From Candidatus Babeliales bacterium (GTDB lineage Bacteria; Babelota; Babeliae; Babelales; Vermiphilaceae): DNA of 64,000 nt. Position 1 is the stretch's first letter; the number at the start of each line of letters is the position of its first letter. The notes below the pieces were generated by a model. The model searched no databases. It was not told where the DNA came from and worked only from the letters and a program-made list of their open reading frames with translations. Position numbers and translations under genes: made by a program. Positions 29,129-40,500 of the stretch are shown in pieces. Where the stretch lies: the NCBI GenBank assembly GCA_963743635.1, contig CAVUQO010000002.1:96001-160000 (forward strand), read 5' to 3'.

Positions 29129-29788
29129 GTGAAAATTTTTCTTGATACGGCAAATCTTGAGGGCATCAAAAAATGGTCTTCAACGGGACTCATTGATGGG
29201 GTTACTACCAATCCGACACATTTAAGCAAAGAGGGCAAAGATCCCAAACATCAGGTTTTGGCTATTTGTGCCGCTCTGCCAGACGGCGAAATTAGTGTTG
29301 AGGTTACTGAATCGGATCCGGATGCAGTCTACAAACAAGCTCACGACATTGCGGCCTTGGCTGAGAATATCGTCGTTAAAATACCCTGCCACAAAGATTA
29401 CTATCATGTCATCAGTCGTCTTGCTCAAGAGGAGATTCCCCTCAATATTACTCTGGTGTTTACTCTGGTGCAGGGTCTTATGATGGCTAAACTGGGAGTT
29501 CGTTACATTTCGCCTTTTGTCGGCCGTTGGGATGATATTGACGTCGATGGCATCCAATTATTGCCTGAATTACGAGAAATGGTGGATGAATACGGGTATG
29601 ATACCGGTATTTTAGCTGCTTCTATGCGAAGCGTGCGCCATGTGCATGATGCAATCCTTGCAGGAGCCGACGTGGCAACCGTTACGCCCGCAGTTTTTGA
29701 AAAAATGATCGAGCATCCTTTGACCGATCAAGGCATCACGCTTTTCAAAGCTGATTGGGAAAAGCTGGGCATAAAAAAGTTTCCATAA
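29129..29788 (+). CDS. tal: Transaldolase (small FSA/TalC-like subfamily)
   Basis: FLDTAN, GVTTNPT, SVEV, VVKIP, SPFVGR; the Glu and Phe residues fit transaldolase rather than FSA. Confidence 0.88.
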   Translation: MKIFLDTANLEGIKKWSSTGLIDGVTTNPTHLSKEGKDPKHQVLAICAALPDGEISVEVTESDPDAVYKQAHDIAALAENIVVKIPCHKDYYHVISRLAQEEIPLNITLVFTLVQGLMMAKLGVRYISPFVGRWDDIDVDGIQLLPELREMVDEYGYDTGILAASMRSVRHVHDAILAGADVATVTPAVFEKMIEHPLTDQGITLFKADWEKLGIKKFP

Positions 29789-29891
29789 GTCAATATATCA
29801 ATCCAGTTATTCTATAAAATTATGAAAATTCTTGCTTTATTATGTTTTCTATTTGTAAACTTAGACTAGGAAATATAATAAAGGGAGAATA

Positions 29892-30332
29892 ATGAATTAC
29901 TATAGACTATGGATCTTGATCATGGCAGTCGGCACAGTGCAAGCGCTTGCCTATAATAAAATGTGTTATGTGCGTCCGCAGTATGGTTGCAAGGGTGAAA
30001 TACAGTGTTTATCCTCCAAATATTTTGTCTGTAAATCGAATAAATCGAGTCAGGACATTGAGATCGAATCTCCTAATGGACGTCGTGTCTGCTATGTGAA
30101 TCTTAATTCTACCGATAAAACCCGAGCGAAAATGTTTCTGGATCGGTATGATGGGGATACAAAAATCGCTGATGAGAGCATTGAGCATCAGTTGCAAAAA
30201 AATAGATCTCATTTTAAGGCCGTAGGCCTACTTCTGCGTGATTTTAAGCTTAATAATAAGAATATGACGGTACAACAGGTGCGGGATGCGCTTGGAATTG
30301 CCAAGAGACCAGTCGATCAGGGCAAAAAATAG
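29892..30332 (+). CDS. Secreted Cys-containing hypothetical protein
   Basis: Signal peptide ending in ALA; GGGAG RBS. Confidence 0.7.
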   Translation: MNYYRLWILIMAVGTVQALAYNKMCYVRPQYGCKGEIQCLSSKYFVCKSNKSSQDIEIESPNGRRVCYVNLNSTDKTRAKMFLDRYDGDTKIADESIEHQLQKNRSHFKAVGLLLRDFKLNNKNMTVQQVRDALGIAKRPVDQGKK

Positions 30333-30412
30333 GTTACTCAAGGGCCTGAATAGCACCGTGAGCCTCTGGCAGCCCCATTCCCCTTTTTTGGTATATTTGC
30401 TATACTAAAGGG

Positions 30413-32389
30413 ATGAAAAAGCCATTATTTAAACTTCACTCCCCATTTCTGCCGTCTGGAAGCCAACCTGAAGCTATTAAGCAGCTCGTTGCGGGGCGTC
30501 CAGGCAATTCTACCCTCATCGGGGTGACCGGTTCGGGTAAGACCTTTACTATGGCCAACCTCATAGCTCAGCAGGATAAGCCCGTATTGATCTTATCTCC
30601 TAATAAGACGCTTGCGGCCCAACTGTATGAGGAGTTCTCGCTTTTCTTTCCTGAGAATAAGGTCTGCTATTTTGTAAGTTATTATGATTACTATCAACCA
30701 GAATCATATCTCGCGGCGCAGGATATCTACATTCCTAAAGAAACCAAAATAAACTCTGAAATTGAACGTTTGCGGGTTGAGTCGACCGCATCACTCGTGA
30801 ACCGGCGAGATACCATTATTATTGCATCCGTTTCTTGTATTTACTCACTCGGTAACCCAACCGATTATAAAAATTTAGCCCTTTCATTGAAAGTAGGGCA
30901 AAAAATAAGCCGTTCTGAATTACTGCATAAGCTTATTTTTATACAATATATTCGCAACGATGTTGATCGCGCATCAGGCACTATGCAAGTTTTTGGTAAC
31001 ACGATAGAAGTTAATTTGCCGTATCAAAAAGATAAGTTACGCATTGAACTCTTTGGTGATCAAATTGATGGCTTGCAATGGATTAGCAAACACAACAATA
31101 CGGTAACGATGGACTTGGATAATACTATTATCTTTCCGGCAAAACATTTTGTGACGACTGAAGATAAAAAACAACAAGCAATGGCAAGCATCGAATCAGA
31201 GCTTGAGCAATGGATACCCCAAATCAGCAATCCGCTCTATCGCGAGCGCATTAGAACGCGCGTAAATCATGATCTTGAAATGCTTAATGAAGTTGGCTAT
31301 TGCTCTGGTATTGAAAACTATTCGGTTCATTTTGATGGCCGTGGGCCTGGCGAACCGCCGTTTTGTCTTTTTGACTTCTTTGAGAATGATGATTTTTTAC
31401 TCATGATCGATGAATCTCATATTGCAATTCCGCAGTTGCGGGGCATGTATGCGGGTGACCGTGCGCGTAAATCCGAGCTCGTAAAATACGGCTTTAGATT
31501 GCCATCGGCTTATGATAATCGGCCACTAAAATTTGAAGAAATTGAACGTTACTTTAAAGACGTTGTGTTTGTATCGGCAACACCTGGTGATTATGAGCTA
31601 CAACGATCAGATACGATCGTAGAGCAATTGATTCGTCCAACCGGCTTGCTTGATCCGGTGGTGAAGGTGCAATCGCGCGTTGGGCAAATTGATCATCTCA
31701 TTAAGACCATTAAAGATACCACCAAGAAAGGCTATCGCACATTGGTGACGGTTCTAACCAAAAAGCTTGCAGAAGAGCTTGCGCGATATCTTGAGGAAAA
31801 ACAGATTAAGGTTTGTTACTTGCATAGCGATTTAAAAACGCCGCAACGAACTGAGTTATTACAAAAATTACGCCTTGGGATTTTCGATTGTTTAGTCGGC
31901 GTTAACTTACTCCGTGAAGGGCTCGATTTACCTGAAGTTGCATTCGTTGCTATCATGGATGCTGACGTTGAAAGTTTCTTGCGCGATAAGCGTTCTCTCA
32001 TTCAGATTATTGGTCGAGCCGCGCGAAATACTGAATCGCAAGTGGTTCTTTATTCCGATCAAATTACCCGCTCAATGAAGCTGGCACTGGATGAAACAAA
32101 TCGCCGGCGTGAATTACAGCAAAAATATAATGAGCAGCATGGCATTACACCGCAGAGTGTAAAACGCGAAGTGACCAAGAGTATCGTCAATATTCAGGAA
32201 GCGATTGCTAAGGCATCTAAAGCCGGCAAATCAAAAAAGAAAGCGCTGTCTGAACAAGAAACAAAGCTACAACTTTTCGAGCTTGAGCGTGATATGCAGC
32301 GTGCGGCTGAAGAGCTTGATTTTGAAAAAGCGATTGCGTTGCGCGCTGAATGGCACAAGCTGCGTAAAGAGCAAGGCTACACCGACTAG
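30413..32389 (+). CDS. uvrB: Excinuclease ABC subunit B
   Basis: GVTGSGKT, SYYDYYQPE, DESH, GFRLPSA, NLLREGLD, GRAARN, C-terminal UVR domain. Confidence 0.97.
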   Translation: MKKPLFKLHSPFLPSGSQPEAIKQLVAGRPGNSTLIGVTGSGKTFTMANLIAQQDKPVLILSPNKTLAAQLYEEFSLFFPENKVCYFVSYYDYYQPESYLAAQDIYIPKETKINSEIERLRVESTASLVNRRDTIIIASVSCIYSLGNPTDYKNLALSLKVGQKISRSELLHKLIFIQYIRNDVDRASGTMQVFGNTIEVNLPYQKDKLRIELFGDQIDGLQWISKHNNTVTMDLDNTIIFPAKHFVTTEDKKQQAMASIESELEQWIPQISNPLYRERIRTRVNHDLEMLNEVGYCSGIENYSVHFDGRGPGEPPFCLFDFFENDDFLLMIDESHIAIPQLRGMYAGDRARKSELVKYGFRLPSAYDNRPLKFEEIERYFKDVVFVSATPGDYELQRSDTIVEQLIRPTGLLDPVVKVQSRVGQIDHLIKTIKDTTKKGYRTLVTVLTKKLAEELARYLEEKQIKVCYLHSDLKTPQRTELLQKLRLGIFDCLVGVNLLREGLDLPEVAFVAIMDADVESFLRDKRSLIQIIGRAARNTESQVVLYSDQITRSMKLALDETNRRRELQQKYNEQHGITPQSVKREVTKSIVNIQEAIAKASKAGKSKKKALSEQETKLQLFELERDMQRAAEELDFEKAIALRAEWHKLRKEQGYTD

Positions 32390-32493
32390 CTTTTTTACTT
32401 TTATCCTAGAATGCTTTATTCTGATTTTATATTCACCCGCCTTGATTTGCGGGTTTTGTAATTTTAAAAAGATTTTCTACAAAAAGGAGCAGT

Positions 32494-34605
32494 ATGAATT
32501 TTGGGTATTATGCGTTAGTGGCATTGGCCGCTGCGGGCATTATAAGTTTTTTTTATAAGGATAAAGTTATGGATATGATGCATACACGAGCGGCCGCACA
32601 CTCGCCGATACATGCCGGATTTTTACAGACTCGAGAAGATTTAAAAGTATTATTTCCGCACACAGTTCGTGAGATAGAAGATCGCACTGCCGCAGCGCTT
32701 GCTGATGGAAAATCGCGTGTTACACAGATTCTTGCGATACCGGCAGATCAACGCAGCTATCTCAATACTATGGATACTTTTGATCAATTATGCGCATTCT
32801 CTCCTATTTCTATATTCCATCAAATTGCTGAATTGACCAGCATGGTACACCCGGATGAGCAAATACGTGATGCATCGCGCGAAGCAAGTAAGCGCATCTC
32901 GGCGTTCTTCGTTGATGAAATAGCTAATAATAAGCCATTGTATGAGGCAATCAAGGCTTATGCGGGCAGCACTCAGGAACCATTGTCGGATGAGCAGCGC
33001 TATTTTATCAAAGAAACGCTTGCCGATTTTAAGCGTGGTGGTCTTGAATTGTCCGATGAAAGGCGCGCGGTTGTTGCAGGATTGCAAAAAGAATTAGCTG
33101 ATTTGGGTATTGCATTTGAAATGAATATTGCGGCAGATGATAAAACTGCAATTGTATCAAAAGAAGGGCTTGCGGGTCTTGATGATGACTTTATCGAGAA
33201 GCTCAAAAAAACCGATGATGGCAACTATGTATTAACGACCGACTATCCGACGTATTATCGCGTTATGGAGAATTGCCGTGTTGCAGATACGCGCAAAAAA
33301 CTTTCTCGAACTTTTGAAAATCGGGCTTATCCGATTAATGAAGGGGTTCTAAAAACAATTATTGCAAAGCGTGATCAGCTTGCGCGTGAACTTGGTTTTG
33401 CGAGTTATGCAGATTTGGATTTGGACAGTCAAATGGTAAAAAATCAGCAAACTGCAGAAAATTTTTTAAATGAGTTGTTGAAACGCTCTGCACCAAAAGA
33501 AGCTCGTGAATTTAAAGAATGGACGGCTGAATTGCCAGAATCAGTAACACTGACCGCCGATGGCAAACTCGAATCATGCGACAGGGCTTATGTATGCGCA
33601 CAGTATAAGAAAAAGCACTTTAATCTTGATGAGCGTGAAATTGCAAATTACTTCCCTATGGAAAAGACGGTGCAAAGCTTGTTCCGTATTTATGAAGAGT
33701 TTATGGGGCTTTCATTTGTGATCAAACCGGCTCACGATTTATGGCATAAAGATTTGCAAGTAATTGAAGCATATGATGCTGCAACGCAAAAATTACTAGG
33801 TTATTTACTCATCGATTTGTATCCACGTCCTAATAAATTCACGCATGCTTGTCAGATTACTGTTGTGCCATCAGTGATATTCGCAGATGGGCGTCAACCA
33901 TATAACGTATCACTTGTGATTGCGAATTTCGCGCAGTCAACGCCAACTAAACCGTCATTATTGACTCGCAGTGATGTTACGACGTTCTTCCATGAATTTG
34001 GACACGCGCTCCACTCATTATTGGGCAGAACCAAGATCGCATCATTCTCAGGCACGCATGTAAAGACCGATTTTGTTGAAATGCCATCGCAAATGCTTGA
34101 AGAATGGATGCATGAACCGGACGTTTTAAAACAAGTGAGTTCTCACTATTTGACCGGTGAGCCACTTTCAGATGAGCTTATTGGTAATATTATTGCCTCA
34201 AAACATTTTGATACGGGCTCATTTGTGCAACGCCAAGCCTATCTTGCCTTACTTTCATTGAATTATTACAAAGCAGGTGCCGATAAAAATCTAGATGCCA
34301 TTATGAAAGATCTTTACATCCGTACGCGTCCGCACGTGGCCTATGATGATCAGACGCACATGTATGCAGCATTTGGCCATTTGAACGGTTATGGCGCGAA
34401 GTATTACGGCTATATGTGGTCTAAAGTATTTGCTCTCGATCTTTTTGATACCATTAAAAAACATCATTTTGAGCGAGAGATTGGCAAAAAATATGTAACC
34501 GAAATTTTAAGCAAAGGCGGTAGCAAGGATCCCATGGAATTGCTGGTTGCATTCTTGGGCCGCGAGCCACAACAAGATGCATTCTTTAAGGATCTTGGAT
34601 TGTAA
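32494..34605 (+). CDS. M3 family metallo-oligopeptidase with N-terminal membrane anchor
   Basis: FFHEFGHALH, DFVEMPSQMLE, YYGYMWS. Confidence 0.93.
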   Translation: MNFGYYALVALAAAGIISFFYKDKVMDMMHTRAAAHSPIHAGFLQTREDLKVLFPHTVREIEDRTAAALADGKSRVTQILAIPADQRSYLNTMDTFDQLCAFSPISIFHQIAELTSMVHPDEQIRDASREASKRISAFFVDEIANNKPLYEAIKAYAGSTQEPLSDEQRYFIKETLADFKRGGLELSDERRAVVAGLQKELADLGIAFEMNIAADDKTAIVSKEGLAGLDDDFIEKLKKTDDGNYVLTTDYPTYYRVMENCRVADTRKKLSRTFENRAYPINEGVLKTIIAKRDQLARELGFASYADLDLDSQMVKNQQTAENFLNELLKRSAPKEAREFKEWTAELPESVTLTADGKLESCDRAYVCAQYKKKHFNLDEREIANYFPMEKTVQSLFRIYEEFMGLSFVIKPAHDLWHKDLQVIEAYDAATQKLLGYLLIDLYPRPNKFTHACQITVVPSVIFADGRQPYNVSLVIANFAQSTPTKPSLLTRSDVTTFFHEFGHALHSLLGRTKIASFSGTHVKTDFVEMPSQMLEEWMHEPDVLKQVSSHYLTGEPLSDELIGNIIASKHFDTGSFVQRQAYLALLSLNYYKAGADKNLDAIMKDLYIRTRPHVAYDDQTHMYAAFGHLNGYGAKYYGYMWSKVFALDLFDTIKKHHFEREIGKKYVTEILSKGGSKDPMELLVAFLGREPQQDAFFKDLGL

Positions 34606-34657
34606 TTGTTCATTCAGTAGGAATTGATTTTCACGATAATTAAAAAAAGGAACGAGT

Positions 34658-36781
34658 ATGAATATGAACTTATATGCAAAAACAACGTTGGCGATATTAG
34701 GAATAGCGGGAGTATCTTATATGCAGGGCGAAACGCAGGGGAACTGCATTCAACACGAAGTATCGCAGAGCGCAGTTGCGCACGTGCGATCTGGTCTCTT
34801 AAGAAGTGAGCATGATCTTGTGCTCTTATTCCCGCATACCGTGGCCGATATTCAAGAACGTACCGATGAAGCGCTTGCAGACGCGTATGCTCGTTTGGCC
34901 GCAATTATTGCAGTGCCGAATGATGAACGCACCTATGATAATACGATGCGCGCATTTGACCAATTGTGTGGCTTTTCATCGCTCTCAATTTTTCGTAAAA
35001 TTGCGGAGCTTGTGAGTATGGTCTACTCGGATGCAGCGATTCGTGATACTGCGCGCGAAGCAAGTAAAAAAATGACGGCTTTTTTCGTTGATGAAATTAG
35101 TAATAATGAAGCGTTATATAATGCGATTAAGGCATATGCAGCGACTGCTCAAGAGCCATTATCTGATGAACAGCGCTATTACATCACTGAAACAATCAGC
35201 ACATTTAAACGTGGTGGCCTTGAATTGCCTGCTGATAAACGAGCAATCATTGCCGGTATCAAGAAAGAGCTTGCTGATTTGAATATTGCTTTCAATAAAA
35301 ATATTGCCGCAGACAATAAAACGGTAGTGGTTGCAAAAGAAGGACTTGCAGGCCTTACGGATGATTTCATCGCAGGTCTTAAGCAGACTGAAGATGGGCA
35401 CTATGTTTTGACGACCGATTATCCTACTGCCTTTGGTGTAATGCAGGACTGCGTCGTTGAAAAAACGCGTGAAGAGCTTTGTCGTATTTTTGATAATCGC
35501 GGTTATCCAGCTAATGAAGGCGTGCTTAAGGCTATTATTGCAAAACGTGATGCACTTGCGCATGAGCTTGGCTTTGAAAGTTACGCGCATCTCGATCTTG
35601 ATGATCAGATGGTAAAACATCCGAGCAAAGCAGAGACATTTTTGGATGAATTGGTAAAACGATCTACCATCAAAGAAAATGCAGAATTTAAAGAACTTAC
35701 TGCTGAATTGCCAGAATCAGTTACGCTGACTGCTGATGGAAAACTCAAGCCATGGGACAGCGCATACGTTACTACGCAGTACAAGAAAAAACAGTTCAAT
35801 CTCGACGAACGAATCGTTGCAGAGTATTTCTCGATGGAACACACGGTACAGCGTTTATTGAATATTTATGAACAATTCATGGGGCTTTCATTTAAGGTCA
35901 AATCAGCAGAGAATCTGTGGCATGAAGACGTAAAACTCATTGAAGCATACGATGCATCAACGCATAAACTGCTCGGCTATTTGCTCTTGGATTTACATCC
36001 GCGGCCAAATAAATATACCCATGCATGCCATGGCAATATTGTACCATCCGTGAGATTTTCAAATGGTTCTGAACCTTTTATGGTTTCGATAGTTATTGCT
36101 AATTTTCCGAAATCAACTGTAACGAAACCGTCATTATTAAAGCGCGAAGATGTACGTGTATTCTTTCATGAGTTTGGCCATGCATTGCACGGCTTATTGG
36201 GCAGAACACCAACCGCATCATATTCAGGTACACGCGTAAAAACTGATTTCGTTGAAATGCCTTCTATAATGCTTGAGGAATGGTTATGGGAAAGGGATGT
36301 GTTGAAACAAGTGAGTGCCCATTATGTAACGGGCGAGCCTCTTTCAGATGCATTGATTGAAAGTATTCTCGCATCAAAACATTGTAACACCGGTTCATTT
36401 GTGCAGCGTCAGGCATCCCTTGCGCTCATTTCATTAAATTATTACAAAGCGGGTGCTCATAAGGATGTTGACGCAATTATGCGTGATCTTTCTCTGCGTA
36501 CACGCCCGAACGTGGCTTACGATGATGAAACGCATAAGTACGCATCGTTTGGCCATTTGACCGGCTATGGCGCGAAATATTATAGCTATATGTGGGCTAA
36601 GGTATTTGCGCTCGATCTTTTTGATACCATTAAAAAGCATGGCTTGAGCCCTGAAATCGGCAAGAAATATGTTGATGAAGTGCTCAGCAAAGGCGGCAGC
36701 AAGGATCCAATGGATTTATTGGTTGCTTTCTTGGGGCGTGAGCCACAACAAGATGCATTCTTTAAGGATCTTGGATTGTAA
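34658..36781 (+). CDS. M3 family metallo-oligopeptidase paralog with signal peptide
   Basis: FFHEFGHALH, DFVEMPS; C-terminus identical to the upstream paralog. Confidence 0.93.
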   Translation: MNMNLYAKTTLAILGIAGVSYMQGETQGNCIQHEVSQSAVAHVRSGLLRSEHDLVLLFPHTVADIQERTDEALADAYARLAAIIAVPNDERTYDNTMRAFDQLCGFSSLSIFRKIAELVSMVYSDAAIRDTAREASKKMTAFFVDEISNNEALYNAIKAYAATAQEPLSDEQRYYITETISTFKRGGLELPADKRAIIAGIKKELADLNIAFNKNIAADNKTVVVAKEGLAGLTDDFIAGLKQTEDGHYVLTTDYPTAFGVMQDCVVEKTREELCRIFDNRGYPANEGVLKAIIAKRDALAHELGFESYAHLDLDDQMVKHPSKAETFLDELVKRSTIKENAEFKELTAELPESVTLTADGKLKPWDSAYVTTQYKKKQFNLDERIVAEYFSMEHTVQRLLNIYEQFMGLSFKVKSAENLWHEDVKLIEAYDASTHKLLGYLLLDLHPRPNKYTHACHGNIVPSVRFSNGSEPFMVSIVIANFPKSTVTKPSLLKREDVRVFFHEFGHALHGLLGRTPTASYSGTRVKTDFVEMPSIMLEEWLWERDVLKQVSAHYVTGEPLSDALIESILASKHCNTGSFVQRQASLALISLNYYKAGAHKDVDAIMRDLSLRTRPNVAYDDETHKYASFGHLTGYGAKYYSYMWAKVFALDLFDTIKKHGLSPEIGKKYVDEVLSKGGSKDPMDLLVAFLGREPQQDAFFKDLGL

Positions 36782-36795
36782 GCTATAAATAATAG

Positions 36796-36842
36796 ATAGG
36801 GCATGTGTTTGGAAATCCTAAAATACATGCCCTATTTTTTTT
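36796..36842 (+). terminator. Rho-independent terminator
   Basis: atagggcatgt...acatgccctattttttttt. Confidence 0.85.
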
Positions 36843-36994
36843 CTCTCGTGCACCTTTTTCTAAAATCACATTTGATTCATTTACACAATTTTATCTCAGT
36901 TTTTGAGTGAATGTTGATAACGGTATACTTTTTTATGCTGTCTCGATAAACTACTAAAAAAGAGTAGTATAAAAACGTAAAATCCGGGCATACA

Positions 36995-37585
36995 GTGGAG
37001 AAGAAGCATACTGGTATCGTCGTAAAACGATACTTTCCTCAAAAACAAAAAATCGTACTATTTGATGATGAATTGGGTAAGATCACGTGCGTTCCGCCGC
37101 ACGATCGCATTTCATTAGGCACACTGCTGAGTTACGAGATACAACCGCGCAAACCGATGGCGTTCATCTATGATGTTGAACTCATTGCGATGCCGCTTGA
37201 TGGTCTTGAGATGGACATTCTCTTTGTGCACCATGTGCTTGAAGTGTGTTATTATTTCATTCCTGAGCAAAGTACCGCACCAGATGTGTATGATATTATG
37301 ATGTTATTATTTACAAAACAGGCCTGTATACGCCATCCATTTTTTAAAAAAATTTTTTTATTTAAATTATTTGCGCTGCTTGGTATATATCCAGACAGGA
37401 CGGTTCCTATGGATGCGCTTATGCATCGATTGCTTGTGGATCCGCTTGATATACTGATACGTGGCGATGAAACGTATGAACTCGAGCGTCGATTAACCAA
37501 ATGGCTGCGTGATTGTATGATTATGCACCCTTGTATAGAATATTTTAGAACAGTTCATTTTTTAGATGAGAATAGGGTAGTATGA
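36995..37585 (+). CDS. Divergent RecO-like DNA repair protein
   Basis: N-terminal GIVVKR...KIVLFDDELGKI OB-fold pattern and FLFKLFALLGIYP. Confidence 0.55.
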   Translation: MEKKHTGIVVKRYFPQKQKIVLFDDELGKITCVPPHDRISLGTLLSYEIQPRKPMAFIYDVELIAMPLDGLEMDILFVHHVLEVCYYFIPEQSTAPDVYDIMMLLFTKQACIRHPFFKKIFLFKLFALLGIYPDRTVPMDALMHRLLVDPLDILIRGDETYELERRLTKWLRDCMIMHPCIEYFRTVHFLDENRVV

Positions 37586-40500
37586 AAACACTACATAACC
37601 TACTATTGAGCGTATTATTGCTTGGCTCTGCTGCAACTATTACTGCATCATTGCCAGTTTTAGGAACCCTGGAAGAGGCAGGCAAAAAATTATTGCCGGT
37701 AGAACTTGAGAAAAGAAAAGCAGAGCAACTTGAAGGTCTGAGAAAAGAAAAACAGGCGCTTGAAGATGGCAAAAAAGAATTCGATGAGCATACCACAGGG
37801 CTTTTAAACGAGCTGAAAACGCAGGTTGATCAGGTTAAATCCATTCTTGAAAAAGATCCGGATAATGATTTCCTGGTGAAAACATTGAGTCTGCTCAATA
37901 CGCTGCAACAGATTGTCAGAGATCTCAAAGAAGAGCGCGATCAGTTAGTAAGTACCATTGATCAGCACATCAAGATATTACAAGATTATTTGCTCGATCC
38001 TCAATTGGAAAACTATCAGAAAAAAGAACTAAAAATTGGTGAGCGCCCGGTCTATTCGTTTGCTGATTTACAAATGCTTTATGAGCGGACGGTTAAGCTT
38101 AAAAAGCGTCTCGATGAGTTGAATCAAAAAGAAAAGAACATTAACGCGCAGCTTGAAAATCGCAAAAAGAGTGCAACGGCAGCTATTGAAGAGTTCAAGA
38201 AAAAGCAGGAAGCATACGAGAAGCAGAAAAAAAATGAGCAGCACATCGGTGATTCCTTGGAATTATCACTGCAACAACGGGATGAATTATTCAAGCTTGA
38301 ACGGCAAGTATTTGAAGAGCGCACCGAGCTTGATAATCGCAGACAAGCGATCATCGAGCATCAAATTGAAATGATTAAATCGCAGATTTTTATTGAGCGA
38401 GCGCAGCTTGATGTGGTCAAGGATGTGTTGCGTCGAGTAAAGCCTGCAATTCGGGTCAGTGAATCGGAAATTACCCAAGCAAAAGATGCGCTATCACGGC
38501 GCAAACAACAATTATTTAAAGATAAAGAGCCGATTCGGCATGAGCTAGAAGAGGCGGATGCTCGCTTTAAAAAGCTTGATCAGATGCTTGATGAGCTGAG
38601 CAAAAAAAACAACATCGTTATTGGGCCCGATGTAGATGATTGGAGTCGGCTGCCACGGCAAACGTTATCCGCTTTCATGGCATTTATCGAGGTTGCTACC
38701 CTCAATGCTCAAAAGCTCCTGATGCAGCGCAGCAAGGCGTTACAAGAAACGCGGCTTTTACTTGAAGATGAAAAGTTACGGCTTGATGATATCAAGGTGG
38801 AAATTCAAGAAACATTTTTCATGCTCTCTTCAAAAAAGGATCTTTCTGAAGACGAGGTAAAGCGTGAAATCAAAAAATATGATAAGCCACGCGCGGACGT
38901 TGAAGAATATTCATCGCGATATACCGAATTACGCAGTGCGACTGAGGGTCAACTTGAAGGTCAAAAGCGTGCGCTTGATAATATTGCAAAACTTAAAGAA
39001 CGTCTCGAGCAGAGTAGAGATACTATTTTTCAGGGTCATGCTGATGAATATGCGCAAGCAGTAGAGTTGCTTGCAAAGGCAGAAGAAAGTGTGAAGCAGC
39101 AAGTAGAGCTGCTCAATAAGGCACTCAGCAATTACGTCGATATTTTGAGTTACCTTCTGAGTATTGGTAAACATATTGAGTTTATCACTGGAGAATTGAG
39201 CAGTGTTGTTTTGTGGCAGCGTCCCGAAGTGGCTATTTCATGGTCAGACATTCAAACCATTTCTCCCGATATTCAAACTTTTATCGCAGGCTTACAAAAC
39301 TATCTCGCGGGATTTGATTTTGGCATTCTACTGACGCAAGTTGGCGCCCTCTTTAGCACGCCTTTTGATATGATGATAGCGATTTTGTTCCTTATTCTTT
39401 TCGGTTTATTCCTTTGGCTTTTGCGCCGGTATATCCCGTACATTATCGCGCGGCTTAAAGTTTCATTGCTTGATGCTGCAGGTATGTCGTTATTCTTTGG
39501 GGTTATAGTGGAATTTGTCGTGCAGCACTTGGTTTCCATTGTAATATGGGGCCTCATGTTTGGATTATTCCAAATGTATGTGATGCCAGACATATATTAT
39601 TACGTCCTCTTTTATCTCCTTTCGATTCCATATCTGCTGTATTTGGCAAATCGCTTTATACGATTATTCGTGCAATTTAATAAAGATATGGGGTATCCAT
39701 TTGTTGCGCAGGATTTTCAAAGCCGCATCGAATTAGTTCTTTCAACGCTGTTATATTCAACGATCACGATCTTTTTCTTTAGAGAAGCATTCATTTTGGT
39801 CAGCTCAGGCAGATCAAAATTACCCATCATATTGCTTGCACTGAACTTTATTATTCTGCAGATATCGCTCATCTTGATCTTATCAAAAGAGCAGATTTTG
39901 AGCGTTATTCCGGATAATCGTCCATTTTGGCAATGGGTTTATGCGCAAGTTAACAAATATTATTATCTGATTCTTTCATTCGTAATTGCGATGATCGTGA
40001 TGAGTAACCCCTATGTTGGGTTTGGCTTTCTCGTGCGTCATATTCTCTTTAGGTCTATTTACACGGCATTTTCATTAATTGTCTTATATCAGATTCATCT
40101 CATTATTAAACGACGCATTTCTTATATTTTTTTTGATGCTGAGCAAGACGTGGTACGCGAACGATTTGGACAATCAAAAACGTGGTATGGCGCAACCGTT
40201 ATCGCATTATTTCTGATCTTTATTTTCACGGGCATCGTTATTTGCGCGCGCATTTGGGGTTGGCCAGAAACATTGGCAAGCATTAAATCGTGGGCTGATG
40301 TGCAAGAAATTCTTAAAACAGAAATTATGTTTAGAGATACCACTGCTCCAATATCAGTCAGTTCATTGATTCAAATTTTACTTTTCTTCGTAGGTGGGTC
40401 GCTCGTTTCATTCGCCTTGAACCGCTTAGTGCTCGCAAAAATATTTAATGTTTTGCTCGTAGATGCGGGCGTGCAGAACGCTGTTGCAAGCATTATGCGC

